IMG/VR virus record: IMGVR_UViG_3300044633_000631
Coordinates: 14,741-78,740 of that record
Origin: a virus
Strand: one strand, 5' to 3'
DNA length: 64,000 bases
Shown here: piece after piece, positions 45,364-52,948 of the stretch
How the letters are laid out: every line of letters starts with the position of its first letter
How positions within the stretch are numbered: position 1 is the first letter of the stretch
Program-made: the position numbers and the translations under genes
The notes under the pieces: generated by a model
Seen by the model: only the letters and a program-made list of their open reading frames with translations
Told to the model about the DNA's origin: nothing
Databases searched by the model: none

Positions 45364-47583
45364 CTATGCGAAAGCGTATTCGCTTTCTAGAATTAAATTA
45401 ATATCAAGATCACCCATCTCAAGATAAGTAAGATCTCCGTCAATATCATCCATTATTGGAAACAATGGATTATCTTTATAAAGTTCTACAAATGTCTCGC
45501 GAACTATTCTAAAGAGATTTGGCATGTCAGCAAATAAACAACCATAGCTGTCATGAATTGTTGTAATTGTAAAATCACAACGGTGTGTAGTAAGTGCTAA
45601 GTGTGCTGCATCTAAACTATGAATAACGTTAGGTGCTGCTCCTTGAGACTGCTTACCTTTACTAGGAACCACATCTTCAATAAAACATATTGCTAATTGA
45701 AAAGTGTTTTCATAATAACCTGTAGATTTACGTGACCCAACTGGTGGCCCATACTGTACATAAATCTTTTTAACTTTACCTTCTGTATAATTTTGTACCA
45801 CAGGAAAGTTTACTATTGGAACATTCCATGATAAAAATTCTTCAATTTTCTCACAGTTTCTTCCGGCATTCTCAAATATATTTAACAGCCTCATTGGCTT
45901 CTCTAATGAAGCTTTACAATCTTCAAATACTAATCTGCCCAGCCAAGCTCCCCATTTATGCTCCATATGAAGTAGCAAGTCTATTCCATGCTTTTTTGCA
46001 TCAAGGATTTGTTGCTCTCCCAATCCATAGCTGCTACCTCCATAAGGAAGAGTCATAGTGTTTCTTTTAACTATCTTCCTTCTTTGTTTCAAATCCTTTA
46101 TACGATTCCAAAATACAGGTGCTGCAACAGAGCCAATATCAGCCCATTGTTGTTTATAGGCTTTAATTTGAGCTACTAGTTGATTCCTAATTTCAGACTT
46201 AGGTTCGGATGCAGTAATCTTTTTCTTTAATTTAATTAAGCCATCTATAAAATCTTCACATTGAAAGATTAAATCCGCTGGCATTCTTGCTATGTCATTA
46301 GATATTTTATTCCATACATGTTCGGCAACATATGCATATAAATCACCTGGAAGTTCTAATGGAATTAAATTAACATATGGAGCTGTTATTTCATCTCTTG
46401 TTAATGCAGATAAATGTTGTGAGCCGTTCGTTGATCCGTCAATAAAACATTCAACATGTGACTCATACTCTAAATATCTTGGTCCCAATTTTAAAGCATT
46501 TCTTAATTCAATACATGCACTTAAGAATTGCCATGGCTTATCTCCTGACATCCATCCTTGATTTACTTTTGGACTTTCTGCATATGATAATAAAATCTCT
46601 TGATTGTCTAATACCCACTGATATCGGTCTTTGAGATTGATCTTATCCGTCTTTGCACCATCTTCACGTCCTGATGAACCTGCCCAGTTACTGGCGATAG
46701 ATACACATAGCCAAAAGAAACCCTCTTCACCAATTACTTTCTTATCTTGACGCATTAAAAGACCTTTAGCAATATCACTAGATTGTTCATGGAGATATGC
46801 CGTTGTTGGATATTTCCTTCCACGGAAATCAAGGTAATACATATGGTAAAATACAGTATCCATGAACTTATCTGCTATAGATAGAATAGCTTTTGTTTCC
46901 CTTAATTTAGTAGTCTTAGCTTGAGGATTTTGCTGCTCCCATATATCACTAAATGCATCAGTATGGTTATTCAATGCCCATTTAGAAACATTATAAACTT
47001 CTTTGTTTATTTGCCAACCCGTATTTAAGCTCTTATTTACTGAATCAAATACTATAGGATGTGTTGCAGGTGTTAATTTTGTTGGAACATCTTTATTACC
47101 CGTCTTGACTAATACTTGTCCAGTAGGGTGTTTGAATTCTGTATAAGATTCATATGGTGTTACTGAAGGTAATTTACCCTTGGCACCTTCTCTGCTTACA
47201 CTTTCCCATAGTAATTGTATTGTCGCATCATCTAAGACTTCTACAATATATGTTGCATGACCATTACCAGCAGAACCTAGTACTGCTCTAAGCATTCCAA
47301 GCTCTTCAAATGAGTATAGTATGAATGCACCAGTCTTAGCCGCAACAGATGAATCTTTCTTTAAACCTCGTCTTACTGAATGCCCAATAATGCTAATGAC
47401 TTCTACCATTAATATTTGTTTGTTTACAGCACCTCTCTTTGGACGAGTGTATAAGTATACGTTAGATATTATTACATCTAATACGCTTTCTAAGTCAATT
47501 TCTTTTAGAAATTTTAGCGGACTTTGAGGAGCTATTTCTAATTGCATCCTTCTTTTTAATGACTTCAATAGTTGTATTCTCAT
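45364..47583 (-). CDS. T7-family single-subunit DNA-directed RNA polymerase
   Basis: DFRGRKYP, DKPWQFL, motif A DGSTNGSQHL, motif B RKIVKRNTMTLPYG, APNVIHSLDAAHL, motif C IHDSYG. Confidence 0.96.
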   Translation of the reverse strand: MRIQLLKSLKRRMQLEIAPQSPLKFLKEIDLESVLDVIISNVYLYTRPKRGAVNKQILMVEVISIIGHSVRRGLKKDSSVAAKTGAFILYSFEELGMLRAVLGSAGNGHATYIVEVLDDATIQLLWESVSREGAKGKLPSVTPYESYTEFKHPTGQVLVKTGNKDVPTKLTPATHPIVFDSVNKSLNTGWQINKEVYNVSKWALNNHTDAFSDIWEQQNPQAKTTKLRETKAILSIADKFMDTVFYHMYYLDFRGRKYPTTAYLHEQSSDIAKGLLMRQDKKVIGEEGFFWLCVSIASNWAGSSGREDGAKTDKINLKDRYQWVLDNQEILLSYAESPKVNQGWMSGDKPWQFLSACIELRNALKLGPRYLEYESHVECFIDGSTNGSQHLSALTRDEITAPYVNLIPLELPGDLYAYVAEHVWNKISNDIARMPADLIFQCEDFIDGLIKLKKKITASEPKSEIRNQLVAQIKAYKQQWADIGSVAAPVFWNRIKDLKQRRKIVKRNTMTLPYGGSSYGLGEQQILDAKKHGIDLLLHMEHKWGAWLGRLVFEDCKASLEKPMRLLNIFENAGRNCEKIEEFLSWNVPIVNFPVVQNYTEGKVKKIYVQYGPPVGSRKSTGYYENTFQLAICFIEDVVPSKGKQSQGAAPNVIHSLDAAHLALTTHRCDFTITTIHDSYGCLFADMPNLFRIVRETFVELYKDNPLFPIMDDIDGDLTYLEMGDLDINLILESEYAFA

Positions 47584-47785
47584 CTGATCCTTTGCTGTTT
47601 AAAATACTGGAGAACGCACATAGTAGTAATAAATTAAATATCGGCATTGTCACCACTATTTACTAAATGTACTACTGTTGCCATAATTACTACAGGTGTA
47701 GTCAATCCGAATAATACGGAAGCTAACCATACTGTTGCCGCATAATTTAATGTATTAGTCATAGAAAGAAAAAAATAAGGGTTAA

Positions 47786-47843
47786 CCCTCCCACATCCCT
47801 AATACACCCCCAATTAAGGGAATGTATTAGGGATGTGGGAGGG
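47786..47843. terminator. perfect 21-bp inverted repeat (terminator or RNase III-type hairpin)
   Basis: CCCTCCCACATCCCTAATACA (47786-47806) / TGTATTAGGGATGTGGGAGGG (47823-47843); T-rich tract follows on minus strand. Confidence 0.65.
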
Positions 47844-47880
47844 GATATTCTTACTTACAGAGTCAACAGACTCTGACTTT

Positions 47881-48273
47881 CTATGGCAGTGTTCGAAGCT
47901 CTTTAAGTAGTTCGTAATCCTTTTTGCCTATATAGATCGGGTTGAGGGACCCTTTTAAATTTACAACTGGATAAACACTTATTCCATCTTTTACAAATTC
48001 CTTTAAAAGATAGATATCTTCAACATCTAACTTTTTAGCACTGAAAGTATATTCCGGTGGTTTATCTTTTTTGTCCACTGGATAGTGACCTTCTAGAACA
48101 ATATAACCATTCCACTTAGCCTCCTTTGCTAAACGTCTTAATTCACGTTTAGCTTTTATAGCTTCAAGTTTTTTCTTCTTCTTAAAATCCTCATCAGCTT
48201 CTTTTATGAAGTCTTGACAGTCTTTAGTAAAGAAGATCCCAACTGCAATTGCCACAATCCAAAGAGGGTTCAT
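47881..48273 (-). CDS. early protein with N-terminal TM anchor
   Basis: 130 aa; AGGAGG RBS. Confidence 0.6.
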   Translation of the reverse strand: MNPLWIVAIAVGIFFTKDCQDFIKEADEDFKKKKKLEAIKAKRELRRLAKEAKWNGYIVLEGHYPVDKKDKPPEYTFSAKKLDVEDIYLLKEFVKDGISVYPVVNLKGSLNPIYIGKKDYELLKELRTLP

Positions 48274-48545
48274 AGTAACAACCCTCCTAAAAGGAATGGT
48301 ACAATGAGTATAATGTCAAACACTAGCCTCCCGATATTAAGCAAATAGTGATACATATACCAGCTGTTGATTCCAACTGGCATTGTTACAACTGCAACAG
48401 CTCCAATTACAACTGCTGTAGCAGCTATAGTTGATGTTACAATTTCCACTTGAGCCTCAATAGCGGTCTCAGCAGGTGTTCTTGAGTCTTCTAGTTTGTT
48501 TAAAACTAAGGCACCCAAACCAACAAGTAATACTAATGGTATCAT
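48270..48545 (-). CDS. early hydrophobic membrane protein
   Basis: 91 aa, about 3 hydrophobic segments. Confidence 0.55.
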   Translation of the reverse strand: MIPLVLLVGLGALVLNKLEDSRTPAETAIEAQVEIVTSTIAATAVVIGAVAVVTMPVGINSWYMYHYLLNIGRLVFDIILIVPFLLGGLLL

Positions 48546-48823
48546 TTCTTTTCTCCAAATAATGCATCAAATAAAGTGTATACAGCAAAGCCAACAACTA
48601 CCCCTGCTACAATAGGGTTTAATACAACAGCTGTTCCTGTTGCAGCAGCTGTCGCAAACGGTGTAACAATCGTTTGTGCACCTACTTGTAAGGCTGTTCG
48701 TGTAACAACTACAGAAGCTACTTCTGCAATTATTATTGGCGCTTGCGCAGCTACGTAAGAGCCTGCGAGATATCCAGCTGATACTGGGGCCACTACATCT
48801 AAAACTTTGCTTAGTTCGCTCAT
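48542..48823 (-). CDS. early Ala/Val-rich hydrophobic protein
   Basis: 93 aa; GAGG RBS. Confidence 0.55.
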   Translation of the reverse strand: MSELSKVLDVVAPVSAGYLAGSYVAAQAPIIIAEVASVVVTRTALQVGAQTIVTPFATAAATGTAVVLNPIVAGVVVGFAVYTLFDALFGEKK

Positions 48824-48852
48824 TGTAAGCTTCCTCTTGGAATGTGAAGTTA

Positions 48853-49104
48853 TTAAAGATTAATTTTGAATGAATAAATGCCTTTTTCAGATATACGTAG
48901 GTCTGAGCCTTCATGCATCCAAATAAGATAGCCAGCTTCTCCTACGTCGAGTGTGCTAACAATAGCCCAGGGATTTCCATCAGGCGGATATATTGCTGTT
49001 ACTTCAGAGTTATTTCTTTTTCCTTCATAAACTTGACCTGTTAATTCAGAGTCATTAAGAAGATTTAATTCTACTATTACACATGCAATTTTAATTAATT
49101 TCAT
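48853..49104 (-). CDS. early hypothetical protein
   Basis: 83-aa ORF with AAGG RBS. Confidence 0.55.
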   Translation of the reverse strand: MKLIKIACVIVELNLLNDSELTGQVYEGKRNNSEVTAIYPPDGNPWAIVSTLDVGEAGYLIWMHEGSDLRISEKGIYSFKINL

Positions 49105-49319
49105 TTTGATTTACCTTTTAGTTAGATTGCATTGCTGCGATTGTAGCCATGATTGCGGCCATTTGATCTTCTACATTGTTGTCTAGAGCTTTGATACTTT
49201 CATCATGAGCAATTTTCATTGCTTCTAATTCAGAATAGACTGCTGCTTTTGCTTGTTGAATTGAGTTCATTTTATTACCTTTGATTTTAATTAAGTTAGT
49301 TGAGGTACCTTATTGTACT

Positions 49320-49343
49320 TCATATAAGATACCTCTTTTTCCG
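49320..49343 (-). promoter_or_regulatory. repeated 24-nt motif (putative early/class I promoter), copy 1
   Basis: Minus strand CGGAAAAAGAGGTATCTTATATGA, just after a UUCG terminator. Confidence 0.55.
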
Positions 49344-49346
49344 CGT

Positions 49347-49375
49347 TTAAAAGGGATAGTCCGAAGACCATCCCT
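49347..49375 (-). terminator. intrinsic terminator
   Basis: Minus strand AGGGATGGTC-TTCG-GACTATCCCT-TTT. Confidence 0.7.
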
Positions 49376-49378
49376 GTG

Positions 49379-49681
49379 TTAAAGCACCAGCACCCCCTGC
49401 TGGTAAATATGCCCTTCCGTTAAGACACATAGTTTGAAGTCATCTCCATTCAACTTCTCTAGCATAGCTGCTAGACTATCAACATCTCTACCTACCCACG
49501 TGACGTTGTCCCACGTGTACTGGACAACATTGCCAATACGCACGCGCGTATTAGCCGCATCTAAGATATTAATCACTGCAGAGTAATCCTCTGCATCGAC
49601 TTCTTCATAGTCCCAGGGGACGTGGTGTCGGATATCGATATCTAAATTGTTTTCAATTACAAACATTACTGTACTTTTCAT
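49379..49681 (-). CDS. early hypothetical protein
   Basis: 100 aa; AAGGAG RBS. Confidence 0.6.
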   Translation of the reverse strand: MKSTVMFVIENNLDIDIRHHVPWDYEEVDAEDYSAVINILDAANTRVRIGNVVQYTWDNVTWVGRDVDSLAAMLEKLNGDDFKLCVLTEGHIYQQGVLVL

Positions 49682-49857
49682 TTTTGCTCCTTCAAAGCTG
49701 CCTTAAGAAAGGTATCAAAGGCTTCTGAGTTTTTCTCTTTCTTTTTACGGAAAGGGAATGGCACACCCTTAGAGTTTATTAGCGCTAATTGTTGGATAGG
49801 TGTTACTCTATTGTGTTTCATGATATACTCCTTAGTTATAATAATCGATATTGATTA

Positions 49858-49881
49858 TCATATAAGATACCATTATTTCCG
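49858..49881 (-). promoter_or_regulatory. class I motif, copy 2
   Basis: Minus strand CGGAAATAATGGTATCTTATATGA, upstream of the first early ORF. Confidence 0.55.
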
Positions 49882-49941
49882 TATTAGGAATTAACAATTA
49901 ATGGATAATGACTAAAGGGTTAATTGAGGGGGGACGTCTGA

Positions 49942-49958
49942 AGGGTTAATTCAACGGG
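49942..49958 (-). promoter_or_regulatory. class II motif, variant copy 7
   Basis: AGGGTTAATTCAACGGG (1 mismatch in the core). Confidence 0.5.
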
Positions 49959-49959
49959 T

Positions 49960-50230
49960 TCGGTGCTGAAAACTGCGACACGCCCCGCACTGAGAGTGCC
50001 AGTTCTGCGACCAGAAACTGCCCTACACGGCACGCGGACGGCACGCTGCCCCCTCAGTGATGCCCCCGTCTCAGGCGGCCCACACACGCCCAACTTTGAG
50101 AGGTGTGAAATCTGCCCGTCTCTGCCACGCTGAGGCTGCCCCATGCCTGTCGTATAGCTGGCCACTCAGTCGCCACGTCTACCCCCGTTCCTGTGCGAAT
50201 AAATGCCCCAACCGTAGTCAGGGCATCTCA
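49960..50230. other. GC-rich non-coding block (possible genome terminus/packaging or origin region)
   Basis: Abrupt GC rise in an AT-rich genome, between phoH and the early genes; no credible ORF. Confidence 0.45.
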
Positions 50231-50234
50231 AATT

Positions 50235-50903
50235 TTACAAATAGGCTTTCACAATTTCTTTACAGATACCACTACGTACAATATCATCAACATCAAAAGT
50301 AACTATACCAACTTTATTAATACCATGTAATCTAGTAATAGCATCAGCTAATCCTGAATTACCTTTAATATCTTTCTGTTGTATATCACCATCAATAACT
50401 ACTTTAGTATTCTCACCAATTCTAGTTAAGAACATTTTCATTTGAGCAGGAGTACAATTTTGAGCTTCATCTAATAATACGAATGTATTTTCAAATGTAC
50501 TTCCTCTGATAAATGCCAATGGTCTTGCTTCAATTACTTTACGTTTAAATAAGTAATCTGTAAATGAATGACCTAATCTTTTGTTTAATATATCTTTTAT
50601 TGGATCAACGTAGGGAGCATATTTTTCCTCAAGCTCTCCTGGTAAGTATCCAAACGATTCACCGGCTTCTACCGCAGGCCTTGTAACAATGATCTTTGAT
50701 ATTCGCTTGTTCTGTAGTAATTGAGCAGCATATGATAATGCTACATATGATTTACCTGTACCAGCAACCCCAACACCAAATGTTATTATATTTGATTTGA
50801 TGGAATTTAAATATCTTTTCTGTGCATCTGTTAAAAGCTGTAAGTCCTTTTCAGTAGTGGGTTCTACAACGTTTTCTTCAGTACGTCTAGATTTTTTCGC
50901 CAT
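50235..50903 (-). CDS. phoH: PhoH family ATPase
   Basis: GVAGTGKS, TRPAVEAGE..GYLPG, RGSTF, DEAQN, GD..QKD, DIVRS. Confidence 0.95.
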   Translation of the reverse strand: MAKKSRRTEENVVEPTTEKDLQLLTDAQKRYLNSIKSNIITFGVGVAGTGKSYVALSYAAQLLQNKRISKIIVTRPAVEAGESFGYLPGELEEKYAPYVDPIKDILNKRLGHSFTDYLFKRKVIEARPLAFIRGSTFENTFVLLDEAQNCTPAQMKMFLTRIGENTKVVIDGDIQQKDIKGNSGLADAITRLHGINKVGIVTFDVDDIVRSGICKEIVKAYL

Positions 50904-50918
50904 GTGTTTTTTCCCTTT

Positions 50919-51101
50919 TTATTCAGGATCTTTAGACGTGATACTGCCGCCACCCAAAACGGCAACCGACAGCGCGAGTAAACTATCCATTTCTTCAGGT
51001 GTTAATACTAACACTTTAAATGAACTTAAGATAGCTAATGTAGCTGAAATAATACCGAACCATGTAGATGGCTCTCTTAATCTGGATGTGATATAACTCA
51101 T
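50919..51101 (-). CDS. small 2-TM protein, holin-like
   Basis: SRLREPSTWFGI plus two TM segments. Confidence 0.6.
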   Translation of the reverse strand: MSYITSRLREPSTWFGIISATLAILSSFKVLVLTPEEMDSLLALSVAVLGGGSITSKDPE

Positions 51102-51109
51102 AATTTTTC

Positions 51110-52948
51110 CTATGTTATTGTTAAATTAAATACACCTGTTTGACTGCTGTAACCCATACATTTTATATAATAATCTTGACCAGCTAAGCAACCGTACGAG
51201 AATAGCGCGGAACCTGCGCCACCTGAATCGTCGTCTTGAATTAGCAAAGTGCCCGTGTAATCATACATCAGCATAAAGTTATCTCCGATTGCACCGGTCA
51301 AAGCAAATTGATACGTCTTCCCGACAGCTGGGGTGAATCTGTAAGTCACGTTCGAAGTGGCTACGGCAACAGCGCCTTGAGTCGTGCCTGTGGTCGTAAT
51401 AGCTGTACAACTTCCACCATAAATCGATAACGCGTGCGCACCGCTGTTGGGCGGACTAAATGCCCTTGCCTTTATGAGATACGTGGTGTTAGCGGCTAAG
51501 GTGCCGGTCGCTTGCGAGTTATTAAGGTAAGCCGAATCATCATCACTAAATTGGATGGTCATACCACTACTATCATAAATTTCAACAAAAGGATCTACTG
51601 CAGATGTTAATACAAATGTATAACTTCCACTCGTGGTTGGGGTGAATGAATACCATGTTGGGAAGGCATTCCCAGTAGCACGTGCGGTACGTGTTCCCGC
51701 TGTGATTACAGTGGCTGAGGGAGGCGTGGCTGACGCGATCGTTGTGAAAGTATCGGTCTCATTCATTCCTTTGTTAAAGCCACCCCCTGTACTGAATTGT
51801 GCCGCTACATCGACATAATATTTTGTGGAAGCAGCTAGGCCAGAAAATACGTGTGTTGAGCTTGCGCCGCTATAACTGGCGAGCGGTGTTCCCGTATTAG
51901 ATAATGAAGGGAATAAATCAATGTAGTAAGTACCTATAGAATACGTCCCTGTATAGGTCAAAGAGACCGTGGCAGAACCTGAATTTATGCCACTGACTGA
52001 TACATTTAGAGTACCTAGGACGTTCGTTGCGGTTGCAACGGCAGAACTGGTACCGACATCTGAATCGGGATAGTTGGCTGCTTTCGCTTTAACAAAAAGA
52101 TAATATGTGCCCGGGGTCAAAGTATTAACGCTTGTAAATGTTGTGCTAGTCTGAGTAGTTGTTACACTATTAAACGTCACATCATAACTTGTAGCGTTTG
52201 TAACTGCACTCCATGTAAATGATACTTGATTGACTGAACCGGTGGCCGCCGTAAACGAAGGTGTAGAGAGTTTAGCATTTGTTACGATTATATTACCAGA
52301 TGTAGCAGCATCTGAGTTAGTGTAGTTTGCGGCCTTGGCCACAACACTCAAAGAGTAAGTCCCTGCGGCAACGCCCGATGCGATGTTAAATGTAAGACCA
52401 GTTTGAGTTGTAGTATTGCCATTAAACGTCACATCATAACTTGTAGCATTAGAGACTGCAGTCCATGCGAAAGATACCGAGTTAACACCACCAGCTACTA
52501 CTGAATATAGTGGGGTCGCTAATTTAGGTGAGGTTACATTGACAGTGGTGGATACACCGGCATCTGAACTCGTGAAGCCAGTTGCTTTAGCCACTACAGA
52601 TAAGGCATATGAACCGGCATTGACTCCACTTGTTCTAGCAAATGTCGTGCTTGTTTGATTTGTGGTAGTGCCGTTGAATGTAACATCATAACTTGTGGCG
52701 CTAGTAATCGCATTCCATGTAAACGAAACAGTACCTGCGCCACCCGTAGCCGCTGTAAATGTAGGCGTCCCAAGTTTTACAACGCTACTCTTTCCCCATC
52801 CATCAGACATAGAAATTGTCCCTGAAGTTCTTCCAAAGAGAGCCCTGACTGCTGTATCATTCATACTGATAGCTGTATTACTTGCAAAACCTAACTCTAT
52901 ATTAACCTGTGATAATGAGATACTATTTGGAGAGACGGGTAATGTCAT
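51110..52948 (-). CDS. fibre-tip adhesin with FN3-like repeats and PPC-like domains
   Basis: N-terminal ISLSQVNIELG...ISMSD.WGKS attachment motif; three ~85-aa VSF.W.A...ATSYDVTFN repeats; two YD..G.....DDDS modules. Confidence 0.7.
   Translation of the reverse strand: MTLPVSPNSISLSQVNIELGFASNTAISMNDTAVRALFGRTSGTISMSDGWGKSSVVKLGTPTFTAATGGAGTVSFTWNAITSATSYDVTFNGTTTNQTSTTFARTSGVNAGSYALSVVAKATGFTSSDAGVSTTVNVTSPKLATPLYSVVAGGVNSVSFAWTAVSNATSYDVTFNGNTTTQTGLTFNIASGVAAGTYSLSVVAKAANYTNSDAATSGNIIVTNAKLSTPSFTAATGSVNQVSFTWSAVTNATSYDVTFNSVTTTQTSTTFTSVNTLTPGTYYLFVKAKAANYPDSDVGTSSAVATATNVLGTLNVSVSGINSGSATVSLTYTGTYSIGTYYIDLFPSLSNTGTPLASYSGASSTHVFSGLAASTKYYVDVAAQFSTGGGFNKGMNETDTFTTIASATPPSATVITAGTRTARATGNAFPTWYSFTPTTSGSYTFVLTSAVDPFVEIYDSSGMTIQFSDDDSAYLNNSQATGTLAANTTYLIKARAFSPPNSGAHALSIYGGSCTAITTTGTTQGAVAVATSNVTYRFTPAVGKTYQFALTGAIGDNFMLMYDYTGTLLIQDDDSGGAGSALFSYGCLAGQDYYIKCMGYSSQTGVFNLTIT

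Noticed and set aside
2034-49958. Repeated 20-nt motif as a CRISPR repeat or mobile-element end
   Set aside because: Copies are dispersed rather than regularly spaced, all precede operons, and no cas or transposase gene is present
49920-50302. ORFs of 81 aa on both strands in the GC-rich block
   Set aside because: Expected by chance in GC-rich DNA; atypical codon usage and no RBS
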